Shown here one piece after another: positions 1 through 7,990 of a DNA stretch of 16,900 bases. The DNA lies in the NCBI GenBank assembly GCA_964510165.1, contig CAZEBC010000029.1, positions 1 to 16,900 on the forward strand. The letters run 5' to 3'. Origin of the DNA: an uncultured bacterium. GTDB lineage: Bacteria; Abyssobacteria; SURF-5. Each line of letters starts with the position of its first letter. Position 1 is the first letter of the stretch. The position numbers and the translations under genes are program-made. The notes beneath the pieces were generated by a model, which was not told the DNA's origin, made no database searches, and worked only from the letters and a program-made list of their open reading frames with translations.

Positions 1-32
1 AAAATCGGGCAATTTCACTCGGAAATTGCCCG
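1..32 (-). terminator. Probable intrinsic terminator of the lpxD-like gene
   Basis: Perfect 11-bp inverted repeat CGGGCAATTTC (6-16) / GAAATTGCCCG (22-32) with a 5-nt loop, 37 nt after the stop at 70. Followed on the minus strand by ATTTT, where the window ends. Confidence 0.7.
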
Positions 33-69
33 CATTATCTGATCTGTTTCTGTCGCCTGCAAGAAGCGT

Positions 70-849
70 TCAGCGATCGAGTATATGCCTGAGTTTCTGG
101 AAGCCCTTCACCAGTTCAGGAAGTTCTTGCACGAGCATCTGAATCGATGTCTCCATCTCCAGCGGTCTTGCAGGAACCCCCATGACTGTCTGACCGTCCC
201 CTACCCTTTTCGTGATTCCGGAGAATGGATGTATTGTGACATTGCTTCCAATCTGAATATGATTGACAATGCCCGCCTGTTCACCCACATATGTTTCGGC
301 GCCGATCGTCGTGCTGCCCGCAACGCCGACCCGCGGCCGTATTACGGTCTCTTCTCCAATCTCGACGTTGTGGCCGATCTGAACCAGATTCTCGATGCGC
401 GCGGCTCGCCTTATCCGAGTCACACCGAGTGTGGCTCTGTCAATGGTGACGTTGGCGCCGATGTACACGTCGTCTTCAATCTCCACAGTCCCGAGATGTG
501 GAATCTTGTGGTTTTCGCCCAGGTTGTTGGTGAACCCAAACCCATCGCTTCCAACCACCGAGCCGCTATTTATAATTACGTTTCGGCCAATCCGCACTCT
601 TTCGCGAATGGCAACATGCGGATAAAGCACGGAGTGAGCGCCGATATGAACAAAAGGTCCGATGGAAACATGAGCACCCAGTTCGACTCCATCGTCAATC
701 TGAACTCCGTCATCAATCACTACGAAGGGGCCTATTCTCACATATTCGCCAATGCGGACGTTGCGCCCTATGACGGCGGTAGGGTGAATATATCCGTCGG
801 TTCGGGTCTGGCTTATTTCGCCTAAGACAACCACTGAACTTCTGAGCAT
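70..849 (-). CDS. lpxD: LpxD-like hexapeptide-repeat (left-handed beta-helix) acyltransferase lacking the N-terminal uridine-binding domain
   Basis: Hexapeptide repeats plus LpxD hallmarks [33 protein letters not shown] and [10 protein letters not shown] (catalytic His). Start moved to ATG 849 (MLRSS), which follows GGAGAGG at 854-860. 259 aa. Confidence 0.8.
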   Translation of the reverse strand: MLRSSVVVLGEISQTRTDGYIHPTAVIGRNVRIGEYVRIGPFVVIDDGVQIDDGVELGAHVSIGPFVHIGAHSVLYPHVAIRERVRIGRNVIINSGSVVGSDGFGFTNNLGENHKIPHLGTVEIEDDVYIGANVTIDRATLGVTRIRRAARIENLVQIGHNVEIGEETVIRPRVGVAGSTTIGAETYVGEQAGIVNHIQIGSNVTIHPFSGITKRVGDGQTVMGVPARPLEMETSIQMLVQELPELVKGFQKLRHILDR

Positions 850-912
850 GTAACCTCTCCTAGACCGGGTAGATTGCGAAAGCCATGAACACACAAGATT
901 TTGCGATTACTA

Positions 913-928
913 AGCAACAATTATGCCA
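913..928 (-). promoter_or_regulatory. sigma54 (-24/-12) promoter for the lpxD-like gene
   Basis: Minus strand reads TGGCATAATTGTTGCT: exact GG-N10-GC spacing and one mismatch to TGGCAC-N5-TTGCW. Lies about 64 nt upstream of ATG 849 and next to a sigma54 activator gene. Confidence 0.85.
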
Positions 929-977
929 CAACTGAAATATAGCGCAAAAAATGGGAGGATATTCCTAAGTGATTATA

Positions 978-990
978 TAACAGTAGGTTG
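978..990 (+). promoter_or_regulatory. Possible IHF-binding site
   Basis: TAACAGTAGGTTG matches WATCARNNNNTTR with one mismatch, in an AT-rich stretch just upstream of the sigma54 promoter. Confidence 0.35.
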
Positions 991-1127
991 CGAAGCAACG
1001 ACCAGCATGGCAATACCAAATGGACCGGTTAAGGATTGAATTCCGAGCGAGCTTTTTGGACCACCGCCATGCCCCGATTAGCAGTCATTTATGTCGTAAC
1101 ATATTTCAAAATAAAAGGTTCTGTAAT

Positions 1128-1143
1128 CGGCCCAAAAGGGCCG
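1128..1143. other. GC-rich hairpin/dyad just after the response-regulator stop (weak terminator or protein-binding site)
   Basis: CGGCCC-AAAA-GGGCCG, a 6-bp stem 7 nt beyond the stop at 1151. No U-tract follows directly. Confidence 0.35.
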
Positions 1144-1150
1144 GTAATCC

Positions 1151-2563
1151 CTAATCTTTTTCAACTTCGTCTTTGTTATGCGCAAGCCCATATTTCTGTG
1201 ACTTGTAACGCATGATCTTGCGCGTCACGCCCAACAATTCGGCAGCCTTCGTCTTATTCCCGCCGGTCCTTTCCAGGGCGTCACGGATGAATGATTTTTC
1301 GATTTCCTCGATTGTCTCGATTAAAGGAAGCCCTCGCTCGGGCAGCTTGAGGTCGTTGAGCACTGACGTGCGGGATTCGGGTCGCTCAAGCAGTCTGGCT
1401 ATCTGAGCGGGGAAATCATCGGTTCCGAGAACATCCGATTTTCCGAGCACCATCGCACGCTCCAACAAGTTTTCCAGCTCGCGCACGTTGCCGGGCCAGT
1501 CATATTCCATAAGGAGCTTAAGCGCTTCGTCGGAAACCGTCTTAATGCTCTTGCCGAGTTCTCGGTTGAATCTCGCGATGCAGTAGTCCGTCAGCAGCGG
1601 TATATCCTCTTTGCGTTCTCGCAGAGGAGGCAGGTGAATCTCGACCACGTTCAACCGGTAATAGAGGTCTTCCCTGAATGTCTTGTCTTCGAGCAACCGT
1701 TCAAGGTTCTTGTTCGTTGCGCCTATGATGCGGACATCAACCTTAATCGTCTGTGCGCCGCCGACCGGCTCGAACTCTTTTTCCTGTAAGACCCTTAGCA
1801 ACTTGCCCTGCAGGGAGACCGACATCAGCGCGAGCTCATCGAGAAAAAGTGTGCCGCCGTCGGCCATTTCAAAGCGGCCATGCCGGTCACTGTGAGCGCC
1901 CGTGAAGGCGCCTTTCACGTGTCCGAACAACTCGCTCTCAAGGAGATGCTCGGCGAGGGCGGCGCAGTTGACCACCACGAACGGTTTGAGATGGCGAGGG
2001 CTCTTGGAATGGATGGCGCGCGCCACAAGTTCCTTTCCCGTGCCGCTTTCGCCGGTCACAAGCACCGTGGTATTGGTTTGCGCCACCTGTTCGATGAGTT
2101 TGAACACACGCTCCATCTTCTCGGACCGTCCGATGAAATTGCTGATATCGAACCTGGAGTCAAGTTCGGTGCGGAGCTGGATATTCTCTTTGATGAGCGA
2201 CCTTTTCTCGATGGCTCGGGACGCCAATATGCGAAGCTCTTCCATGTCGAGCGGCTTGGTGACATAGTTCTCGGCCCCCAGCTTCATGGCCTTCACCGCC
2301 GTCTTCACCTCGCCATACGCGGTCATGATGATGACCGGCAGTTCGGGCGATACTTCCTTGATTCGGCTGAGCAGGTCAATGCCATTCATGCGAGGCATGC
2401 GCATGTCGCAGATAACGAGGTCAACGCGCGACCCCTTAAGCCTTTCGAGAGCCTCCTCGCCGTTCTCGGCGAGCGTCACACCGTGGCCATCCTCTTCAAA
2501 CAGCAGTTGGAGGACCCGGCGCATTCGAGCCTCATCGTCAACTATCAGAATGTTTGCGGGCAT
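1151..2563 (-). CDS. NtrC/AtoC/ZraR-family sigma54-dependent response regulator (REC + AAA+ + Fis-type HTH)
   Basis: Receiver motifs ILIVDDE, ICDMRMP, MTAYG and YVTKP. Walker A GESGTGKE, ESELFGHVKGAFTGA, Walker B TLFLDE, WPGNVRELEN. C-terminal GNKTKAAELLG HTH. Purine-rich RBS (GAGGTAGGGAG) before the ATG. Confidence 0.96.
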   Translation of the reverse strand: MPANILIVDDEARMRRVLQLLFEEDGHGVTLAENGEEALERLKGSRVDLVICDMRMPRMNGIDLLSRIKEVSPELPVIIMTAYGEVKTAVKAMKLGAENYVTKPLDMEELRILASRAIEKRSLIKENIQLRTELDSRFDISNFIGRSEKMERVFKLIEQVAQTNTTVLVTGESGTGKELVARAIHSKSPRHLKPFVVVNCAALAEHLLESELFGHVKGAFTGAHSDRHGRFEMADGGTLFLDELALMSVSLQGKLLRVLQEKEFEPVGGAQTIKVDVRIIGATNKNLERLLEDKTFREDLYYRLNVVEIHLPPLRERKEDIPLLTDYCIARFNRELGKSIKTVSDEALKLLMEYDWPGNVRELENLLERAMVLGKSDVLGTDDFPAQIARLLERPESRTSVLNDLKLPERGLPLIETIEEIEKSFIRDALERTGGNKTKAAELLGVTRKIMRYKSQKYGLAHNKDEVEKD

Positions 2564-2572
2564 CTCCCTACC

Positions 2573-4774
2573 TCATTGCTCTTCCGGACGGGCCGTGGGC
2601 AGCGAGATCACAAATGTCGTTCCCATGCCGGGCGTGCTGCTAACCCTGATGCGCCCGTTATGGTTCTCGACTATTTTATGGACGAGCGAAAGTCCGAGCC
2701 CAACCCCGTCATCCTTTGTTGAAAAGAACGGATCGAATATCCTTGGCAATAGTTCCGGCGCAATGCCCTCCCCCGTGTCCGAAATCACGATATCGACCGC
2801 CTGGTTGCTTTCTTTGGCTTGCGAGCACAGGGCCAACAAGTGAGCACTGCCGGAGGAGGCCTGTACGGCGGAGATTTCTAGAGGCTCTGAGAGCCTCGTT
2901 TCGACTGTGAGCGCGCCTGACCCGTTCATTGCTTGAAAGGCGTTCATGAACAGGTTCAGAAACACCTGATGGCATTGCTCCGAGTCCGCGAGCACGAGGG
3001 GCAGGTTTGGCGCGAGCATCTTCTTGATTGCTATGTCGCCTTGTGCGACTTCTGGAGTAATGAAGGACAGCGTGTGTTCGACGATCGAATTTATGTCGAC
3101 CGGTTCCGGACAGGGCTGGGACGGCCGGGCGAATTGGAGAAAGTTCGTCACAACCCGATTAAGGCGGTCAACTTCCTCGACGATAAAATCCGTCAGCTCG
3201 CGTCTCTTGGAATCGTCCTGGATGCGGTCGCGTAGCATTTCAGCGGAGTTCTTGATGATGCCAAGCGGGTTGCGGATTTCATGGGCGACGCCGGCGGATA
3301 ACTCTCCCAGCGCGGCCAGCCTGTTTCGCCGCTGCATTTCCTGTTCCAATTCTCTGAGTTGTCTGAGCTTTCGCGTCATGATGTTGAAGGCCCGGCCGAG
3401 GTCTCCAATCTCGTCCTTGGATTGCGCGTCGAAATGCTGTTCAAGGTCACCCTCGGAGACCGCCAGCACTTTTCTGTAAAGGACCCTGATTGGCCGCGAG
3501 ATTCCCCGGGAGATTGTGTACCCGAGCATCGTCGCAAAAAGGAAGCCGAACGCAAGTATAACGGGAAAGAAGTGCCACGTGGCGACGGTCGCCGAGAATG
3601 TGTACTTGTGAGGGACGCCGACAAAGATTAACCCGAGTACCTTGCCGCCGTACCCCACGAGGGGCTGGTAGGCCGCGCGATACGGCTCGCCCTTGAGGAG
3701 CGCATGCGCATCGTAATAACGTTGTTTGTCCACGAAAATGCTTTTTTTGATTGCGGACGTCATGGGCAAGTCCTGAATGGCGCCCACAAGCGATTCCTCT
3801 CGCGATTTGAACTCCAGTTCGACTCTCCGGTTCAAGGCCCGGTTTTCTTCCGTGGTTTCGGGCGCGACCGCCCGCGTTTCACCAAAGCTTATCGTTTGGA
3901 TGCGCGAGGCTTCGATGCCTTCAGCGATAAGGGCTGTCTTCACCGCTTCGGCGCGTCTAAGACCAACATGGTAATTATGCTTTTCGGAGCCGCTCGAGTC
4001 GGCGTGTCCCTCGACTATCAGAGTAAGGTCGGGGCGGCTTCGCATGACGGAAGCAACTTCGTGAATCTCCTTGAGCGCGGCCTCCGAAATCTCGGTGCTG
4101 CTTCCCTTGAAGAATATGCTCGAGGGCCCGGCGGGGATTTTCTCGTAGAAAATGCGAATATCGGCGCCGGTCATGATCTCCACATCCTGCGCGAAGCTCT
4201 TGCCGAGGGGATATCCTATCGCAAGCATTCCATACTGGCGTTCCCCATCCGATATGGGCATCACCGCGCCCGCAAGGAGGGTTTGGATTCCATTGACCTC
4301 TGTCTCCATTATCGTTTTTGTCGCCGAGGGAGGCGCTTGAGTCTGCAACAGCGGCGGGCCGGTTCCCGCAACCGGCTGTCCCGTGGGCACCCATAGTCCG
4401 ACCGGGGCCTTAGTGCCCGATGATATGGGAGGGGTAAAGATGTAAGACATCTTTTCCTGTTTGAGAGCATCAGCAAGCCCTGGTTTTTCAAGCGCGGCCT
4501 TTAAACTGCGGACAGCCTGCTCCTCGTAAATGTCTATAACCGAGAGCACTGTGCCGGTGGCGTCCCTGACCTTCCGCTCGATTTGTTTCTCCGTGATTTC
4601 CGCGGTTATGCGGATTACCAGATAGGTGGAAAGAGCGATTGAGATGACGGCGGTCGAGACAAATGCCAGGATGAGCTTGTTCTGGAGACGAGGCTTCAGC
4701 AACTTTTTCTGGGCGGTAAGAAGCTGGCTCTCGGCCAGTTCGTTGACCGTCTTGTCGTCAACGCCTCTTGTCAT
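2573..4774 (-). CDS. Membrane sensor histidine kinase: TM - Cache-like region with inserted OmpA-C-like domain - TM - HAMP - HisKA - HATPase
   Basis: TM1 (LILAFVSTAVISIALSTYLVI) and TM2 (FFPVILAFGFLFATMLGYTI). HAMP (SKDEIGDLGRAFNIM), H-box AHEIRNPL, N-box QVFLNLFMNA, DTGEGI, FDPFFSTK, GLGLS. Start is probably ATG 4774 (17-nt overlap with iorB); GTG 4831 is the alternative. Confidence 0.93.
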   Translation of the reverse strand: MTRGVDDKTVNELAESQLLTAQKKLLKPRLQNKLILAFVSTAVISIALSTYLVIRITAEITEKQIERKVRDATGTVLSVIDIYEEQAVRSLKAALEKPGLADALKQEKMSYIFTPPISSGTKAPVGLWVPTGQPVAGTGPPLLQTQAPPSATKTIMETEVNGIQTLLAGAVMPISDGERQYGMLAIGYPLGKSFAQDVEIMTGADIRIFYEKIPAGPSSIFFKGSSTEISEAALKEIHEVASVMRSRPDLTLIVEGHADSSGSEKHNYHVGLRRAEAVKTALIAEGIEASRIQTISFGETRAVAPETTEENRALNRRVELEFKSREESLVGAIQDLPMTSAIKKSIFVDKQRYYDAHALLKGEPYRAAYQPLVGYGGKVLGLIFVGVPHKYTFSATVATWHFFPVILAFGFLFATMLGYTISRGISRPIRVLYRKVLAVSEGDLEQHFDAQSKDEIGDLGRAFNIMTRKLRQLRELEQEMQRRNRLAALGELSAGVAHEIRNPLGIIKNSAEMLRDRIQDDSKRRELTDFIVEEVDRLNRVVTNFLQFARPSQPCPEPVDINSIVEHTLSFITPEVAQGDIAIKKMLAPNLPLVLADSEQCHQVFLNLFMNAFQAMNGSGALTVETRLSEPLEISAVQASSGSAHLLALCSQAKESNQAVDIVISDTGEGIAPELLPRIFDPFFSTKDDGVGLGLSLVHKIVENHNGRIRVSSTPGMGTTFVISLPTARPEEQ

Positions 4775-5390
4775 TGGCGAGCTCAACTCCCAAGTGGAAA
4801 CACTCAGTATCTTCGGGGCGGCCGTCTTCACGAAGCGACTCGAGCAAATGCGCCTTGCTCACGGGAAGCGCTGCGACGGTTGAAGCTATTCCAAGGCACA
4901 TGGCGTTTATCGCGCGAGAATGGCCGAATCGTTCCCGCGCAATTTGCGTCAGATTCCAGGCATATACGTTGGTGGTGAGCCGCCCCAACATCTGAATCAT
5001 GAGTTTCGTTTCGGGATACGTGTCTCGGCCCAATTTGACGGGAATAGGCGAAAGCGGGAAAGTGTTCAGGATAACTGTCGAGGCCTCATTCAGATAGACT
5101 GCGAGGCGCAGGGCCTCGAGGGGTTCCAGGCCGATCAGCAAATTGGCGGTTCCCGCACACAGCATTGGCGAGCACACGTCCCTGCGTTCGTCCGTTTCCG
5201 TGATTAAGCCGTTGTCGCGCCACTGGTAGCGGATGATGGCTGAAACATGGCCTTCGCGTTGCGCTCCGCCCCTCCTCTCGGAACCACTCACACGGACGCC
5301 CGCTTTCAGACCCGCCTTTTTCAAAAACGTTCCGAGCGTGATGACACCCTGCCCGCCTATGCCCGCCACCAGCGCGTTATAGACTGGCAT
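4758..5390 (-). CDS. iorB: Indolepyruvate:ferredoxin oxidoreductase beta subunit family
   Basis: N-terminal LVAGIGGQGVI, GGAQREGHV and LIGLEPLEALR. ATG 5390 has AGGAGG upstream and lies 2 nt after the iorA stop. 210 aa. Confidence 0.88.
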   Translation of the reverse strand: MPVYNALVAGIGGQGVITLGTFLKKAGLKAGVRVSGSERRGGAQREGHVSAIIRYQWRDNGLITETDERRDVCSPMLCAGTANLLIGLEPLEALRLAVYLNEASTVILNTFPLSPIPVKLGRDTYPETKLMIQMLGRLTTNVYAWNLTQIARERFGHSRAINAMCLGIASTVAALPVSKAHLLESLREDGRPEDTECFHLGVELANDKRR

Positions 5391-5392
5391 GA

Positions 5393-7321
5393 TTACCGAC
5401 CTCCTGCGGCGCGCTTGCCGGTTTTTCGGCTTTCCGGTTCGAAAAGACGAGCGCGCACAATGGCGGAGTTCGGACACACTGTCTTGCACGAGCCGCAGCG
5501 AACACATAGCTCTTCATCGATGTAATAATAGTCACCGTATTCATCGGAGGCTTCCATTATCGCGGGGCAGCCAAACTCCTTGTAGCAGACGCCGCACCTC
5601 TGGCAGCGTTCCCGGACTATGGAGTAGAAGTCGTCGTAAACGGGGGGCACAAACCTGTTGCGCCGATGAGATTGGAGCGCGCATTCGCCTCTCGCTATGA
5701 TCACGCGGAGGCCGCGCCGTGTGAGTTCATCAACGACGGCGGCCCTGAACCTGGCGACGTCAAACACTTCAATAGTCCGTACGCGTTTTGCTCCGAGCGT
5801 CTGCAACAAAGTCTTCAGGTCTATTGCGTCCAGACGCTCGCCGCGCACATTTGTGGTTGTTGTCGGGCTTGGCTGGTGTCCCGTCATGGCGATCCATCGG
5901 TTATCCAAGATGATGAGGAGGACATCCGCATTTGTGGCTGCGGCGTTCTGAAGTCCCTGGAGTCCGGAATGAAAGAACGTAGAGTCGCCCACGAACGCGA
6001 TGATGGGTTTGCCGTCGCTCACGTGGCGGATACCCTGCGCCGCGCTCAGGCCACAATTCATGCAGGTGCACCAATCAGCGGCCTCAAAGGGTGGCAGTGA
6101 GGCCATGGTGTAACACCCGATATCCCCGCCGATGACGGCGTGGTTCTTGGCGGCGGAAACGACCGCATATACCGATGCCCGATGGGGGCATCCGATGCAG
6201 AATGTGGGGATGCGTTGAGGAATCGAAGACGCGATTTCCGAGCCGATTCGCTTCGCTCTTGCGATTTGTTCCGGAATGGCCTTCCGGGATACGCGGCTGA
6301 GGGTCTCGACAACGATGTCGGGACTTGTTTCTCCCGAAGGCGGAATGAGTTCTTTTCCGAGCACTTCGAATCGGAGCTCGAGTTCAAAGGCATGCCGTTT
6401 GAGTTGAAATTCAAGAAAGCCTTCCAGGTCCTCGACAACTACGATTTTCTCGAGTTTCTTCGCGAACTCAAGCAACTGTGACGCGGGAAACGGATACGAC
6501 ATCCCGATCTTGAACACCGGCACGTTGAACAGGCCAAGAATTTCGAGCGCCTCCATCACATACAGATAGTTCACGCCCGATGTCACGATTCCCCACGAGG
6601 CGTTGCCGTGGACTATCTTGTTATATGAACGACTGTCTTCGGACTGAGCCAGGGCATTGATGCGTTCGATACAGGCCTGGTGGTTTCGGACAGCCTGCCC
6701 GAAGAGATTGAAATAGCGTTGGTAGTTCGGCCGGAACTCTCCCCTACCCTGCCGTCGCGTGATCGGCCCAAGACGGAGGTCGCCGATATTGTGGCAGAGA
6801 CGGGAAGCGGCGTTCACGACGACCGGAATGGAGTACTTTTCTGACAACTCGAACGCAGCGAGGGTGAAGTCCTTGGCCTCTTGTATGGTGGCTGGTTCGA
6901 GCAAGGGAAGGTGGGTATGAAGCGAATACCAGCGATCGTCCTGCTCGCCCGTGGAACTGGTGGCGCCCGGATCGGAGCCTATCACGATCACAAGGCCGGC
7001 GTCCACACCGGTATAGCCGAGAAAATGCGCCGGCTCGGCGGCAACGTTCATGCCCACGTGCTTCATGGCGACCATCGAGCGAACACCGGCCCATGAAGCG
7101 CCCATTGCGCCATTCAGGGAGACGTGCTCATTGGCGCTGTACTCCATGTAGAAGCCGGGCAGCTTGTCCTTCAGACTTTCGAGGGTTTGCCCGATCTCGG
7201 TTGCCGGCGTGCCGGGATACATGGAGAAGTAGCCTATCCCGGCTTCAATTCCGGCGCGAGCGATGGCCTCATTGCCCATCGCCAGGATCACGCCGCCATT
7301 ATCAAAAAGCAATGGTTCCAT
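5393..7321 (-). CDS. iorA: Indolepyruvate:ferredoxin oxidoreductase alpha subunit family (TPP-binding, C-terminal 2x[4Fe-4S] ferredoxin domain)
   Basis: MGNEAIARA, YPGTPATEI, MKHVGMNVA, FCIGCPHR, GDIGCY, TPP motif GDSTFFHSG...N, and C-terminal CQRCGVC..GCP and CVRCGSCKTVCP. Confidence 0.93.
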   Translation of the reverse strand: MEPLLFDNGGVILAMGNEAIARAGIEAGIGYFSMYPGTPATEIGQTLESLKDKLPGFYMEYSANEHVSLNGAMGASWAGVRSMVAMKHVGMNVAAEPAHFLGYTGVDAGLVIVIGSDPGATSSTGEQDDRWYSLHTHLPLLEPATIQEAKDFTLAAFELSEKYSIPVVVNAASRLCHNIGDLRLGPITRRQGRGEFRPNYQRYFNLFGQAVRNHQACIERINALAQSEDSRSYNKIVHGNASWGIVTSGVNYLYVMEALEILGLFNVPVFKIGMSYPFPASQLLEFAKKLEKIVVVEDLEGFLEFQLKRHAFELELRFEVLGKELIPPSGETSPDIVVETLSRVSRKAIPEQIARAKRIGSEIASSIPQRIPTFCIGCPHRASVYAVVSAAKNHAVIGGDIGCYTMASLPPFEAADWCTCMNCGLSAAQGIRHVSDGKPIIAFVGDSTFFHSGLQGLQNAAATNADVLLIILDNRWIAMTGHQPSPTTTTNVRGERLDAIDLKTLLQTLGAKRVRTIEVFDVARFRAAVVDELTRRGLRVIIARGECALQSHRRNRFVPPVYDDFYSIVRERCQRCGVCYKEFGCPAIMEASDEYGDYYYIDEELCVRCGSCKTVCPNSAIVRARLFEPESRKTGKRAAGGR

Positions 7322-7976
7322 TGAGCACTCTGTCGAGGTTTGTCACGACCAGGTTGACACCGGCCGCGCCAGCGTCCTCGGCCTCGCGCACGGTTACTGC
7401 CATATCCGGCGCGCATTCCTCTGTGACGGAGAGGATAATGGGTTTGTCCGTTTCACGGCGGAGTTTTCGGACGGTTTCAACCGAGCGAACGAAGAAGGTG
7501 TCCACGCCAGCGCGGAGTAATTTTCGCGCGCGCGCAATATCGGCGGAGGTAACGCCCCCGATGTATGCGCCAACGGTCCATTTGACCGAAGCAAGCGAGG
7601 AAGGTATGTCATCTGAGAAGGAGTTCTTAAGTGCGAGCAACAAGCTCAACGAATCCATCTCATACACCGGCTTTGCGGACGGGAAGGCCGTGAGGATCGG
7701 ATGGGCGCCGTCTGAGAGGACAAGGTTGGTGAATCCGACGCAGGCCGCAGTAAGCAGGCGCGAGTGAAGGGCGATTCGATTCCTGTCGCGACAAGAAATC
7801 TTCAGGAAGATTTCCTTGGCGATGCGCTCGCGCGACAGATTTGCGAGGAAGATGGGATCGATACCGCCGTTCTCATCGAGCACTATTGCGGAAAACGAGT
7901 TCAATCTCAGGAGAGCGGCGATGAAATCGGTTATGTCGAGAGCGATTGGAGTTTGTATTTCCAGGAATCTCTTCAT
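7302..7976 (-). CDS. Shortened, divergent methylenetetrahydrofolate reductase (MetF)-like protein
   Basis: ISCRDRNRIALHSRLL, AKPVYEMDSLSLL and KLLRAGVD resemble MetF motifs, and it follows a metV-like gene. Start taken as ATG 7976 (MKRFLE), 14 nt after the upstream stop. 224 aa. Confidence 0.7.
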   Translation of the reverse strand: MKRFLEIQTPIALDITDFIAALLRLNSFSAIVLDENGGIDPIFLANLSRERIAKEIFLKISCRDRNRIALHSRLLTAACVGFTNLVLSDGAHPILTAFPSAKPVYEMDSLSLLLALKNSFSDDIPSSLASVKWTVGAYIGGVTSADIARARKLLRAGVDTFFVRSVETVRKLRRETDKPIILSVTEECAPDMAVTVREAEDAGAAGVNLVVTNLDRVLNGTIAF

Positions 7977-7990
7977 GGCTTGAACAGCTC

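Noticed and set aside
85-825. 246-aa plus-strand ORF
   Set aside because: Fully antisense to the well-supported lpxD-like gene, with no motifs.
987-999. GTTGC-GAA-GCAAC small dyad
   Set aside because: Only 5-bp arms, so it could easily arise by chance.
1880-2722. 280-aa plus-strand ORF and other plus-strand ORFs such as 3704-4396 and 7093-7767
   Set aside because: They overlap strongly supported minus-strand genes and show no recognisable protein features.
2804-2890. ~29-aa insertion in the kinase HATPase domain between the N-box and G1-box
   Set aside because: This loop varies in length in many NtrB-type kinases and carries no motif here.
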